Assembly (NCBI GenBank): GCA_963664015.2
Contig: CAXXLF010000001.1
Span: forward strand, 1,056,001 to 1,120,000
Source of the DNA: Candidatus Binatia bacterium
GTDB lineage: Bacteria; Desulfobacterota; Binatia; UBA9968; CAXXLF01
Length of the DNA stretch: 64,000 nucleotides
Direction: 5' to 3'
Every line of letters begins with the position of its first letter. The stretch's first letter is position 1. The translations under genes were made by a program, and so were the position numbers. Of the stretch, positions 50,742 through 61,091 are shown piece by piece. The notes under the pieces were generated by a model. The model saw only the letters and a program-made list of their open reading frames with translations, did not search any database and was not told the origin of the DNA.

Positions 50742-52145
50742 CTAATCTCCCATGGACTTATACGCCGTCAGAACTTTCTCCATCGCGACACCCCGGGACC
50801 CTTTGAATAACATCCAGTCGCCTCTACGGGTCTCACGACGGATCCGCCGAGCCAGGCCCCGATGATTGCTCCCTATGATTACCCGATCGACTGCCATTCC
50901 TCCTCGCAGGGCACCGGCCTTGACCTCCGCCGCGTACTGGCCCAGGAGGTAAAGCCGACCCACCTGATGGCATGCGACGTTCTTTCCAAGTTCCCGGTGG
51001 CTTTTCTCGCTTTGCTTTCCGAGCTCGAGCATGTCCCCTAGAACGGCTATCTTTTCCCCGGATCCTTTGATTTCCATCAGCGTGCGCAGGGCGGCCTCCA
51101 TAGAGGCTGGGTTAGCATTGTAAGCATCGTTGATGATTCCCACTCCCTTGTAGCGCTCAACGTTCATCCTCATGGGCACCGGCTTCAAGGACTCCAACCC
51201 CTTGGCTATGGCGTTGACATCCACACCAAGACCGTAAGCCATAGCCGCAGCCCCCAGGGCATTGCAGAGATTGTGCTCCCCGCTCACCCTGAGGTGAACG
51301 CGGCGGCGGGCCCCCTTCACCTTTAAAGTAAACTCCGTACCCTTCTCGCCCAGGTTTTTGACCCTTTCAGCGCGCACCTTCCCACCACGGCCGTAAGTAA
51401 CCTTCTCGTTTTTAATCGACTTGGCCAGTCGGCGAATCCACGGGTCGTCTAGGTTCACGATGGCGGTTCCTCGAGGGGTGAGGCGGCGGAAGAGGTCGCT
51501 CTTTTCCCGGGCAACGCCCCCCACGCTTCGCAATCCGCTCAAATGGGCCGGTGCAACGGAGGTTATCAAAGCGATGTCGGGGTCCGCGATCTCAGTCAAT
51601 CGACGGATCTCCCCAGGTTGACTGGTGCCCAATTCCACAATGGCCACCTTTTCTTCCCCGGTGAGGCCAAGGAGAGTCAGCGGCAATCCCACCAGATTGT
51701 TGTAGTTTCCCGGCGTTTTTAGCACCTTACCTTTAAGACGGATGCCCCCGATGGACGCCCTCTCCACAATGGCCGCAACCATCTCTTTCGTTGTAGTCTT
51801 TCCATTGGAACCTGTAATGGCCAGGACTCTTGGAGCGGTCTTCCAACGCCAGTAATGAGCCATGTCACCAAGGGCCTGCAGCGTGTTTTGCACCTGAATG
51901 ACCGTGGCCTTACGAAAGCGACGGCTTCGCGTTCTTTTATGCACGACCAGGCAGCCGGCGCCGCAACGTGCGGCTTCCTCGAGAAAGACATGGCCATCAA
52001 AACGTTCTCCCTCCAAGGCAACAAAGGCTGACCGTCGCCCTACCCGCCGCGAATCGGTGACGATATCGCTAAAGAGGGTGTCGTTCCCCTGCCGTATCAT
52101 CGTCCCTCCCGTCGCCGTAAGGATATCCTCTCGCGTCCATTTCAT
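50742..52145 (-). CDS. murF: MurF ligase
   Basis: ITGSNGKTTTKEM, NDAYNANP, LGDMLELG. Confidence 0.96.
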   Translation of the reverse strand: MKWTREDILTATGGTMIRQGNDTLFSDIVTDSRRVGRRSAFVALEGERFDGHVFLEEAARCGAGCLVVHKRTRSRRFRKATVIQVQNTLQALGDMAHYWRWKTAPRVLAITGSNGKTTTKEMVAAIVERASIGGIRLKGKVLKTPGNYNNLVGLPLTLLGLTGEEKVAIVELGTSQPGEIRRLTEIADPDIALITSVAPAHLSGLRSVGGVAREKSDLFRRLTPRGTAIVNLDDPWIRRLAKSIKNEKVTYGRGGKVRAERVKNLGEKGTEFTLKVKGARRRVHLRVSGEHNLCNALGAAAMAYGLGVDVNAIAKGLESLKPVPMRMNVERYKGVGIINDAYNANPASMEAALRTLMEIKGSGEKIAVLGDMLELGKQSEKSHRELGKNVACHQVGRLYLLGQYAAEVKAGALRGGMAVDRVIIGSNHRGLARRIRRETRRGDWMLFKGSRGVAMEKVLTAYKSMGD

Positions 52146-52155
52146 GAAAGGCCCA

Positions 52156-53697
52156 TCACGCCGGCAGTTGTTCCATCTCTTCACGGATCACTTCGCGATC
52201 GTCGAAGTGAATCTTTTTCTTGCCCAAGATCTGGTAGTCCTCGTGCCCTTTTCCTGCAACAAGGATCAGATCGTCCGCCCGTGCTAGTTGAAGCGCCCAA
52301 CGAATGGCAGTGCGTCGATCCGCCTCGACCCAATACCGTTTGTCGGTCGATGCCATTTCAGATCCGGGCTCCGAATCCCGAACCTTTCTCAATCCCTGCC
52401 TTCGAATCCCGTCTTCGATCTCATCCAAAATACGATTGGGATCTTCCGTACGAGGATTGTCCGAAGTCAGAATGACCAGGTCGCCGTACCGACCTGCAAT
52501 CTCTCCCATGAGTGACCGTTTACCGCGATCCCGATCCCCACCACAGCCAAAGAGCACGATCAACCGCCCCCGGGATAACGGTCCGATGGCTTGAAGCATC
52601 TTTTCTAGAGCGTCCGGGGTGTGAGCGTAGTCAACCAATATGGTCAATCCGCGACGATTATGAATCCTTTCCAATCTTCCCGGAACCATACCGACCTTGG
52701 CCACGCCTTTAACGATCACCGAGTTCGGTATCCCCAGGGCAAATCCCACGGCAATCGCCCCCATGACGTTTTCCATATTGGCTGTGCCAATCAGCCCCGT
52801 CGAAAATGGCACCCGTTGGCCTTTGATTTGAACGGTTCCACGCAATCCATCCAGATCACTTGTGAAATCGACCGGGTGGATATCCCAATGGGGTTCGAGG
52901 CCATAACTCACGACCTCAAGACCTGTCGGCGCGACGCGCTCGATCAGTTCGCGCCCCCGGGGGTCGGAACCATGAATGACGGCAAACTTTCGCAATTTAG
53001 AGCTCTCAACCAGATAATCCGTAAAGAGCTTGGTCTTGGTCAGGAAATAACGCTCCATCTCACCGTGAAAATCCAAATGGTCGCGTGAAAGATTAGTAAA
53101 GAGTGCACCGTCGAAGTCGATCCCCCTGACCCGTTCCATATCCAAGGCATGGGAGGAGACTTCCATCCCCACTGAACGCACGCCGGCATTCGCCATTTCC
53201 GCCACCAGGGCCTGGAGATCAACGGATTCGGGCGTCGTATAGGGAGCAGGTAAAACGCGATCCCCGTAGCGATAGTTAATGGTGCCAATAATTCCGCTGG
53301 GCATACCGGCCGACGCAAAAATGGATTCCAAAAGATAGGTTGCCGTGGTCTTTCCGTTGGTACCGGTGACTCCGACCAAAACCATACGCTGGCTCGGATG
53401 AGCGTAAAAGGCCGCTGCCCATAGCCCCATGGTCCGTCTCACGTTTCGCACCCGTACCCAGGTTACGGATTCGGGCACTGCAACCTTGCGCTCCAGAACG
53501 ACGGCCGCTGCACCACGCTCCACGGCTTCGGCTACGAATTCATGGCCATCGTTGGAGCTACCGGGGAAGGCAAAGAAGACATCTCCCTGCTTCACATTTC
53601 TTGAATCATAAACCAGTCCCGCCACCGGTTGATCCGAACTCCCTTCGACTTCTTCCACGTCCCCCATTTTAAGTAATTCCTTGAGCCGCATCCTCAT
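52156..53697 (-). CDS. murE: MurE ligase (meso-DAP type)
   Basis: VTGTNGKTT, MEVSSH, DYAHTPD, DNPR. Confidence 0.96.
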   Translation of the reverse strand: MRMRLKELLKMGDVEEVEGSSDQPVAGLVYDSRNVKQGDVFFAFPGSSNDGHEFVAEAVERGAAAVVLERKVAVPESVTWVRVRNVRRTMGLWAAAFYAHPSQRMVLVGVTGTNGKTTATYLLESIFASAGMPSGIIGTINYRYGDRVLPAPYTTPESVDLQALVAEMANAGVRSVGMEVSSHALDMERVRGIDFDGALFTNLSRDHLDFHGEMERYFLTKTKLFTDYLVESSKLRKFAVIHGSDPRGRELIERVAPTGLEVVSYGLEPHWDIHPVDFTSDLDGLRGTVQIKGQRVPFSTGLIGTANMENVMGAIAVGFALGIPNSVIVKGVAKVGMVPGRLERIHNRRGLTILVDYAHTPDALEKMLQAIGPLSRGRLIVLFGCGGDRDRGKRSLMGEIAGRYGDLVILTSDNPRTEDPNRILDEIEDGIRRQGLRKVRDSEPGSEMASTDKRYWVEADRRTAIRWALQLARADDLILVAGKGHEDYQILGKKKIHFDDREVIREEMEQLPA

Positions 53698-55649
53698 TGG
53701 TCCCGTAGCGTCATTGTCAAAGTCTCTCCCTCATCCCAGCGCGTCCCCGGCAAAGGCGCTTGCCGGACTACGTATCCATGCCCTTTGATTTCGACCTGAA
53801 GGTTTAGCGTTTTTGCCTTGGTTACGGCTTCGCGAAGACTCAACCCCGTAAAGTCCGGGAAACCCGTGGTCCTCTTAATGTGGTGGACCCTCGGGTTTTG
53901 TTTATGGGTTAGGACGAGCTTCTCGACAGCCGACGCAGGTCGAAGCTTTACCGCCTCTCGCTGGGGAACGATTCCCAAGTGACGGAGGGCGCTATGGGCG
54001 ATGGTCCGAAAGAGGGGAGCCGCAATGATTCCTCCGAATACTCCCACCTCGGGTTCGTCGAGTATAACCAAGAGCACCAACCGGGGATCTTCCGCTGGGA
54101 CAAAGCCCACAAAGGACGCAACCCGCTTCTCGGCCGAGTACCCACCATGGATCAAGTCCGGCTTCTGCGATGTCCCCGTCTTTCCGGCAACTCGAAACCC
54201 TTCCACCTGGGCCAGGGCTCCCGTTCCTCCCTCGCCCACGACTCCTCCCAGCATAGACGTCATAGTGCGTGCCGTTTTTTCCGAGAGGACACGTCGAACG
54301 ACGTGTGATTGTTGAGACAAAAGAACCCGACCCTTATTATCCACCACTCGCTCCACCACAAAAGGGCGCATAAGAAATCCGCCGTTGGCGATAGCCGCGT
54401 AGGCCGTCACCAGTTGTATTGGAGTGACTGCAATTCCCTGACCGAAGGCATGGGTTGCCAAGTCGACTTGCGCCCATTTGGCGGTAGGTCGTACCAACCC
54501 CTGGGTCTCCCCGAGCAGATTAATCCCGGTGCGTTGACCAAATCCGAATTTTTTAATGTACTTAAAATACCTCTCCTTACCCAACCGCTCCGCTATCTTG
54601 GTGGCCCCGATGTTACTGGAGACCTTAAAAATCATGTCAAGATCGAGCCAACCGTGAGGTTTTTGATCGTGAATAATCCTGCCACCGAAAGCATATCGGC
54701 CCATCTCACAATAAAAAAGATCATCTCTGCCTACGACACCTTCCTGCAGCGCAGCCGCAGCAACCATCGCCTTGAACGTGGACCCAGGCTCGTAACTATC
54801 GGTGATACCCCGAATCCGCCGCCATTGGGACGGAAACCGGGAAAATCGATTAGGGTCGAAGAAAGGAAAATGCGCCAACGCCAGGACTTTTCCTGTAAAC
54901 GGTTCCAAAATAATCGCTATCCCGCTCTTAGCCCTGGAACCGGCAACCGCCGCTTCTAGCTGTTTTTCGACCAGGTTTTGAATGGCGGCATCCAGAGTCA
55001 AATGGATGTCCGCCCCCGGTGGGACCTCAAGTCCCTCGACTCCTTGCATCATCACCCGGCGTCCAAAGGCATCGCGTTCCACTAGGGGAGAACCCAATTC
55101 ACCGCGGATATACCGATCATAGTTGGCTTCCACGCCTTCGAGTCCCTTGGAATCACGACCGACAAAACCGATTATCTGACCAGCCAAGCGGCCGTGGGGG
55201 TAGTATCGCTTGGGCTCGTCAACCGTCCCCACACCCTCTAGACCGAACGAATGAACCCGTTGCGATTCCTTGGGCGTTACTTGCCGCTTGAGCCACACAA
55301 ATGGACGGTCGGATTTTAGTTTACGTTGCAAATCAGCCGTTTCCATTCCCAATGCGCTTGCGAGTTTCGGCGCCGCGGCACGGGGATTTTTGACGCTGGG
55401 TGGCCGGACATAGACAGACTCGGACTCCAGACTGATGGCCAGCGACTCACCCGATCGATCCAGAATGGAACCCCGCTTGGGCAGCAGGATCCACTTCTGG
55501 ACACGCTGTTTATCACCAAGCTTCGTAAGCCTGTCCCCCTGTAGGATCTGTAGCTGAAAGGCACGTACCCCCAAGACCAGAAACAGGATGAGGAAGAAGC
55601 CCCCCGCAATGGCGATACGGGCTCGAACCCATTTACGGTTTTCTTTCAT
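53694..55649 (-). CDS. ftsI: Penicillin-binding protein 3 with PASTA domain
   Basis: STFK, SSN, KTGT motifs. Confidence 0.94.
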   Translation of the reverse strand: MKENRKWVRARIAIAGGFFLILFLVLGVRAFQLQILQGDRLTKLGDKQRVQKWILLPKRGSILDRSGESLAISLESESVYVRPPSVKNPRAAAPKLASALGMETADLQRKLKSDRPFVWLKRQVTPKESQRVHSFGLEGVGTVDEPKRYYPHGRLAGQIIGFVGRDSKGLEGVEANYDRYIRGELGSPLVERDAFGRRVMMQGVEGLEVPPGADIHLTLDAAIQNLVEKQLEAAVAGSRAKSGIAIILEPFTGKVLALAHFPFFDPNRFSRFPSQWRRIRGITDSYEPGSTFKAMVAAAALQEGVVGRDDLFYCEMGRYAFGGRIIHDQKPHGWLDLDMIFKVSSNIGATKIAERLGKERYFKYIKKFGFGQRTGINLLGETQGLVRPTAKWAQVDLATHAFGQGIAVTPIQLVTAYAAIANGGFLMRPFVVERVVDNKGRVLLSQQSHVVRRVLSEKTARTMTSMLGGVVGEGGTGALAQVEGFRVAGKTGTSQKPDLIHGGYSAEKRVASFVGFVPAEDPRLVLLVILDEPEVGVFGGIIAAPLFRTIAHSALRHLGIVPQREAVKLRPASAVEKLVLTHKQNPRVHHIKRTTGFPDFTGLSLREAVTKAKTLNLQVEIKGHGYVVRQAPLPGTRWDEGETLTMTLRDQ

Positions 55650-55999
55650 GGGAGATTAACCAACTGATCCTTTTCCGGCTCTCTCAGTCCCAGTCGATCC
55701 TTAGCCCGTGTTTCCAAGCGGTCGGGTGAGGTCAGGGTCGCAAGCTCCAAACGAAGCTCACGGTTCTCCTGCTCCAACTGTCCCTGGAGCTTGCTCGTCG
55801 CGGAGAGAACGTAACCGAGCCGAATCACTTGCAACCTCAACCAAACGTGGGACAGGGCTAAACCGACCAGACACCCCATCAAAAGAAAAAAGGTCAAAAA
55901 TCCCCTGACCCACTTGGCTTCGTTGCCACGTCTCTTGGCCCGCCCCTTGGTAGAGGCACTCCCTCGTAACTTGACCCCACGATCCATTAACACCGGCAC
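55646..55999 (-). CDS. ftsL: Cell division protein FtsL
   Basis: TM plus leucine heptads; located between rsmH and ftsI. Confidence 0.85.
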   Translation of the reverse strand: MPVLMDRGVKLRGSASTKGRAKRRGNEAKWVRGFLTFFLLMGCLVGLALSHVWLRLQVIRLGYVLSATSKLQGQLEQENRELRLELATLTSPDRLETRAKDRLGLREPEKDQLVNLP

Positions 56000-56004
56000 G
56001 CCCG

Positions 56005-56952
56005 TTATAAGCCCTCAACAGCCCTAAGCTTGGCGGAACGGGCTCTTGGATTGGCACGGATCTCTTCGCTGGAGGGGAGCAGGGGCCTAGGGGTCAGGAC
56101 CGTAGCCTTCTTGCTCCAGCCACAGCAGCACTGGGGGATTCTGGGTGGACATACACAGTCCCGAGCCCACATGGCGAACGCCCTCTTGACCAGCCTATCC
56201 TCAAGTGAATGAAAGGAGATCACGACCATCCGGCCTTTGGCCAGAAGCAACTCATAGGCATCTTTTAAAAATGTCTCTAGAAGTTCAAGCTCCCGGTTAA
56301 CGGCAATCCGAATAGCCTGAAAGGTCCGCGTAGCCGGATGAACCCTGGGTTTTCCTTTCACGGTTTTTTGACCACCTCTCACAGCGATCCGTATAATTTC
56401 TGCCAGTTGTCTGGTGGTTACAATCTGTTGTTCCCGACGCGAGGCATCGATGGCCAAGGCTATGCGCCGCCACCTGGGCTCTTCACCGTAATCCCGGATC
56501 AATTGCTCCAGTTCGTTGACGGGAAAGTCGTTCACCACCTGGAAGGCATCCAGTGTTTGGCGCCTATCCATTCGCATATCCAGCCTAGCCTCCGACTGGA
56601 AGCTAAAGCCCCGCTCGGTTGATGACAGTTGATAAGAGGAGATTCCGAGGTCTAGGAGTATCCCATCGACCTTACCCCACTTCATCTCCCCCAAGATCTC
56701 CCCGGCCTTGGTAAAATCGGCCCGGCATGTCACAACGCGCCCGCCGAACCATTGCAGCCGCTCCCCTGCAGCCGCCAAGGCCTCCTCATCTCTATCTAAT
56801 CCAAGCAGCTGTCCATTGGGACCACTATTGGCCAGCACTTGCTCCGCATGCCCTCCCCCTCCAAGGGTGCCGTCCAGATACCGTCTTCTAGGTCCCGGTT
56901 GAAGAATATCGAGAACCTCCTGAACCATGACCGGGGCATGCGAAAATTCCAT
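56005..56952 (-). CDS. rsmH: 16S rRNA m4C1402 methyltransferase
   Basis: DGTLGGGGH, DLGISS, FHSLEDR, NPRARSAKLR. Confidence 0.97.
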   Translation of the reverse strand: MEFSHAPVMVQEVLDILQPGPRRRYLDGTLGGGGHAEQVLANSGPNGQLLGLDRDEEALAAAGERLQWFGGRVVTCRADFTKAGEILGEMKWGKVDGILLDLGISSYQLSSTERGFSFQSEARLDMRMDRRQTLDAFQVVNDFPVNELEQLIRDYGEEPRWRRIALAIDASRREQQIVTTRQLAEIIRIAVRGGQKTVKGKPRVHPATRTFQAIRIAVNRELELLETFLKDAYELLLAKGRMVVISFHSLEDRLVKRAFAMWARDCVCPPRIPQCCCGWSKKATVLTPRPLLPSSEEIRANPRARSAKLRAVEGL

Positions 56953-56968
56953 AAAACTATTTATTCCT

Positions 56969-57331
56969 TCAGTGATACGTGCCGGTCCCCTCCCAATCCT
57001 CATCAAAACTCTCAATGGCCTCTTCTAGTGAAGTATACTCTTCGAAAAACTGATCCATACCAGCGACCCTAAAGATTGTTCGGAGGTAAGGACCCATGCC
57101 TGCGAGTTTCAAATCACCGTTAAGGCTCCTCAAGATTTTCAAGCGCTCGAGCAGCACTCCAATGCTAAGGTAGTTGATATGATCCACAGCCTTCAGATTC
57201 AAAACCACCTTGGTCCGGTCGATATCAATCAAGGAACCAATGACGTTTTTGATACGCAGCATCTCGCGGAAATCGATATCCCCGTTAACATCGATCACCG
57301 AGATGTCTTGAATAACGTTTCGTTCCAGCAT
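56969..57331 (-). CDS. STAS-domain protein (anti-sigma factor antagonist-like)
   Basis: VNGDID, KVVLNLKAVDHINYLSIGVL, GDLKL; GGGAGG RBS. Confidence 0.85.
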   Translation of the reverse strand: MLERNVIQDISVIDVNGDIDFREMLRIKNVIGSLIDIDRTKVVLNLKAVDHINYLSIGVLLERLKILRSLNGDLKLAGMGPYLRTIFRVAGMDQFFEEYTSLEEAIESFDEDWEGTGTYH

Positions 57332-57382
57332 GTCGTCCCTCCCTAGCCTACGGCTCACGGACAACGGGCAAGCAACCTTACC

Positions 57383-57835
57383 CTAGAGTCCCAAGTCAAC
57401 AAGAAAATCAGGGTCCTGCATCAGTTTATCTTCAGCCTCAGCAAAGACTTTTTTCCAAATTTCCTTATCCCAAACCCGAAACTTTTCCAGGGCCGCTACC
57501 AGCACCACGTCCCGTTTAAGGTTTACGTATTGACGTAGCAGAGGTGGAATTAGGATACGGCCCTGTTTATCTACTGCACACTCACACGCCCCTCCCAGAT
57601 AGTAGTTTTGGAACATCATCATCCGTCGGTCGAACTTGGGTTTTTTCTTGATTTCTTCTTCGAAGTGGAGCCATTCGTCCAGGGGGTAGACATCCAGGCA
57701 GCGTCTGGAATCAATGACGAAGTTGGTAATCACCAATCGTTCGTCTCCTTTTCCTAGAAGGACTTCACGAAACTTGGAGGGAATGCTCAGGCGTCCCTTG
57801 GAGTCGATGGTATGTTCATGCGTTCCGCGAAACAT
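57383..57835 (-). CDS. mraZ: Transcriptional regulator MraZ
   Basis: MFRG, IDSKGRLSIP, DKQGRILIP. Confidence 0.96.
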   Translation of the reverse strand: MFRGTHEHTIDSKGRLSIPSKFREVLLGKGDERLVITNFVIDSRRCLDVYPLDEWLHFEEEIKKKPKFDRRMMMFQNYYLGGACECAVDKQGRILIPPLLRQYVNLKRDVVLVAALEKFRVWDKEIWKKVFAEAEDKLMQDPDFLVDLGL

Positions 57836-57840
57836 GGTAT

Positions 57841-57876
57841 TGGGCTACTATGGGAGAATCTTCCACTTTACCCCAC
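57841..57876. promoter_or_regulatory. Putative MraZ operator boxes
   Basis: TGGG at 57841 and 57851, CCAC at 57863 and 57873: 10-nt spacing immediately upstream of mraZ. Confidence 0.6.
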
Positions 57877-58084
57877 ATTGTGGCCGACTATAACTTTCCG
57901 ACCTAACCCTGTCAATAAAAAAATGTAACGCAAAATCAATGTGAATAGCGGCTCACAGCAAGCACCATATGTAGATATCCGCATACGGTCAATCCGGTGA
58001 TGCGTACCCACATATGGTGGCAGCCAATTTTTGGTTGGTGCGTTTAGGGACGCGAAATCGCGCCGTAGGAACACGTGGGGAAAC

Positions 58085-58552
58085 GGGCTAAAGTGGATCG
58101 GTAAGCCGGATTCTGTCAGGCCCCCTAATGAGGGGCCAGAACGATCATTCCTCTCAACCCATAATTGCTCATGGGGTCTAGCGACCTTACCCGAAGGTTT
58201 TGAGCGGACAACTCAACCCTCCTATTTGGTCTTGCTCCGGGTGGGGTTTACCTAGCATCCGCCATCACTGGTGGACCGGTGAGCTCTTACCTCGCCTTTT
58301 CACCCTTACCCCATGAAATAACCCGTTGGGCAACTGGAATCTCTGCAATGAAATTCCTACTTATGTTGCAGTTCCAGTTTAGCTTTACAGATTTTTATTT
58401 CATGGGGCGGTATGTTTTCTGTGGCACTTTCCCCCGATGACTCGGGGCCGCCGTTAACGGCCACCCTGTCCTGTGGAGTCCGGACTTTCCTCCCCCCACG
58501 GCGCCACCAATGCGGCGGCCGAGGGAAGCGACCGTTTGATCCACTTTAGCCC
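58085..58552 (-). ncRNA. rnpB: RNase P RNA (type A)
   Basis: GAGGAAAGTCCGGACTCC and ACAGAATCCGGCTTA; 15-bp terminal helix GGGCTAAAGTGGATC/GATCCACTTTAGCCC. Confidence 0.96.
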
Positions 58553-58639
58553 AAGTGATCTCGATACTCGTTTATTCGTTCACTCGTTCGTTTTCACTTC
58601 TTTCCCCGTTCCAAGGACAAACAGATTACGGATAGTCGA

Positions 58640-59068
58640 TTAACGTTGCGCAGGGGCTTCGTCGATAGCCCGGTTGGCAAGCCGGTCGGCTACTCGGTTA
58701 AATTCCCGCCGTACATGAGTCACGCCAAAAGCATCGAACCGCCCCAATAATTCCACCGCTTCTTGATGCAGCAACTTGAGATTTTCATTCTTAACGCGAT
58801 AGACCCCGTTGAGTTGGCGGACGAGCAACTCGGAATCACTCTGGATTTTAAGCCTTTTGGCTCCCCGTTTGATAGCTGCCTTAAGGCCCATCAGGAGGCC
58901 CTGGTACTCAGCCACGTTGTTTGTGGTCGTACCTAGATAAGTGAACAGCTCATCGATTACCGCTCCATTTTCGTCATAGATGACGGCACCGCATCCCGCT
59001 TGTCCAGGGTTACCCCTCGATGCCCCATCGACCATGAGACACCATTCCCCTCGGCGCTCAGACACCAT
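58640..59068 (-). CDS. rnhA: Ribonuclease HI family protein
   Basis: DGASRGNPG, TNNVAEY, DSEL, HVRREFN..AD. Confidence 0.9.
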   Translation of the reverse strand: MVSERRGEWCLMVDGASRGNPGQAGCGAVIYDENGAVIDELFTYLGTTTNNVAEYQGLLMGLKAAIKRGAKRLKIQSDSELLVRQLNGVYRVKNENLKLLHQEAVELLGRFDAFGVTHVRREFNRVADRLANRAIDEAPAQR

Positions 59069-59073
59069 AAAAC

Positions 59074-59802
59074 CTAGATCTGCTTATCCTCGGTAGACGA
59101 TGACTCGTAGTAAAGGATACGATGACAGCTGGGACACATGTTGAGCTTGTCGTTCCTTATGATCTCATTCCATAGCTGGGGAGGGATATTCATGTGGCAG
59201 CCCTCGCAGATCCCCGCAGAGGCAGTGACCACAGCCATGCCGCCGCGGCGGGCAAAAATGAGCTCATAGCGTCCGATGAGATCGCCATTGAGGCTTGCAG
59301 CGGTCTCTTGGCGGACCTTGATCGCTTCGGCTACTGACTGCTCGATTTCGACCAACTGGGTATCGAAATCTTTCCTTCTCTCAGCCCATGTCTCCTCCAG
59401 GGACTTTAGCTCATCTTCCTTTTCCTTGAGGATACTGGCTTCGCCCTCCAGCTCGGTCATGGCGGTGACTACTTCTTCCTCCAATTGGCCGTTGGCCTGT
59501 TTGATTTGCTCAATTTCCCTCTGAAGTGCTTGCATCTCTTTGATATTCTTGATTTGTGTCATCCGCATCCGTTTATCCGCGGCTCGCTTCCCATCCAGCT
59601 GGAGTTGTTTTTCCTTTTCCTGTCTCAGCTTGTCCTTAGTTTCCCATTCGGCTCGGAGGGTTCCGCCATCGGCACGCTTGGTATCGATTTCCTGTTCCTT
59701 CTCACGGATTTCCTTTAGCAGTTCTTCCTTCGCCTCCGTTTGATCCCGTATCTTTCGATCCAAATTCTGTAACGACGCTAAGACCTCTATCTGCTCGCGC
59801 AA
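59074..59802 (-). CDS. Coiled-coil protein with C4 zinc ribbon (CT398/HP0958-like)
   Basis: Long coiled coil, then CEGC..CPSCHRILY. Confidence 0.9.
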   Translation of the reverse strand: MREQIEVLASLQNLDRKIRDQTEAKEELLKEIREKEQEIDTKRADGGTLRAEWETKDKLRQEKEKQLQLDGKRAADKRMRMTQIKNIKEMQALQREIEQIKQANGQLEEEVVTAMTELEGEASILKEKEDELKSLEETWAERRKDFDTQLVEIEQSVAEAIKVRQETAASLNGDLIGRYELIFARRGGMAVVTASAGICEGCHMNIPPQLWNEIIRNDKLNMCPSCHRILYYESSSTEDKQI

Positions 59803-59821
59803 CTTACAACCTCCTATCGTT

Positions 59822-59854
59822 AAAAAAAGAAATGCACCCTTGTGGGTGCATTTC
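59822..59854 (-). terminator. Terminator-like hairpin just upstream of the zinc-ribbon gene
   Basis: GAAATGCACCC-N4-GGGTGCATTTC followed by T7 on the minus strand. Confidence 0.65.
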
Positions 59855-60074
59855 GCCGTCTGAATTCAGCTGATTGCCATTGTGGCTTGATTTGGCTTGA
59901 TGTGTAAAATCATCCCTCTCCAACAATGTTTTTTCTATATCTTTAACTTGAATCGTTTCTGTTGTAAAGGGCCTAATCCCACGACGTCGATGATGGCCTT
60001 CCCATCTCAATAGGTGCCCGCTGATCGCGTCCTGCCGTCAAGCCGAAAAGTCCCCGGTTTGTAACGTCTTTCCA

Positions 60075-60440
60075 TTGTCTGCCGGGATGCCAGTGGAGGC
60101 CGGGACCGACCTTTCCTTCCGTTAAATCACTGGGATCCCCTTGGACGGATCCCCTCGCTCGGTAAACTCAATCCCATTATGGATCAAGCATTGGAGGATA
60201 CGCTTGGCCTTGGCAGAATTGACAAGATCGGTTCCCATGACGAACCGCTAGGTGAAATTGTCCCAGATGACCGATAGATCTTTATCCATCAGGGTGAGGT
60301 GCGCTGACGTTTATAGCTCCTCAAGGGGTTCCTCCAGCATCAATTCCTGCTCTTCCACCCGGATCGACTTGGATTCGAGCCCCGTGGCCTCGTTGCGTTC
60401 AACGTATGGCCGCCGTTGCCGAGATGCACGTCGAGCTACT
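60075..60440 (-). pseudogene. Possible decayed histidine-kinase HATPase fragment
   Basis: Stop-interrupted frame with KAKRILQCLIHNGIEFTERG (N-box-like) and STGIPA (G1-like). Confidence 0.35.
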
Positions 60441-60513
60441 TGATTTACTTTATTTTCTTCTCCTTCTTTGCTCTCTTTTCTTTCTTTTGTTTGTCCGTAT
60501 ACATATCTGAAGC

Positions 60514-61089
60514 TTACCCCACATAACCACCGTTATTGGCACGGATAATATCGTCGAGGCTCACGCTCGCCGAAACCGATAAGTCGCTCTCCCCATCTCT
60601 CCCCTTGCTGTAAAGGTCAAAATCCGTATTCAAGGGAACGGCCAAAAAATCTTTGCGGGCATTGCCTTTCGACGGTTCGCCGAGATCGGAAAAACTCAAA
60701 TACTCGCGTACGTGACCCCAGGGATCGGGGATCTCGCCCTTGGGTATACTCGCCAGTGAAACCGGCATGCTCCCGTAGGTGAACTCGTACAGTTCGATCC
60801 CGGTTTGCAGCGTATGGCGCATATCCGCAGTCGCTTTAGCACCTTTTGCCTTATCGACGTAGCTGCCGAAATACGGGAGGGCAATACTTATGAGAATCAT
60901 GATGACCGTCGTAGCCACCATCAGCTCGACAAACGTAAAGCCACGGATGCCATATTGCTTGTCCCTGCATGAAAAGTGCAAAACCGGTGCACCAGATCCC
61001 AGTTCGGAGCACAAAAGAGCCCCACTCGCACCGTTGGGCGAGCCGAAGTTGCAAAAAACAGGACCAAACTTGGATTCACCAGATTTCAT
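60514..61089 (-). CDS. Prepilin-type N-methylation protein (GspG-like pseudopilin)
   Basis: G|FTFVELM plus hydrophobic helix; DPWG, DFDLYSKGRDG, DDI; start uncertain. Confidence 0.8.
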   Translation of the reverse strand: MKSGESKFGPVFCNFGSPNGASGALLCSELGSGAPVLHFSCRDKQYGIRGFTFVELMVATTVIMILISIALPYFGSYVDKAKGAKATADMRHTLQTGIELYEFTYGSMPVSLASIPKGEIPDPWGHVREYLSFSDLGEPSKGNARKDFLAVPLNTDFDLYSKGRDGESDLSVSASVSLDDIIRANNGGYVG

Positions 61090-61091
61090 TC

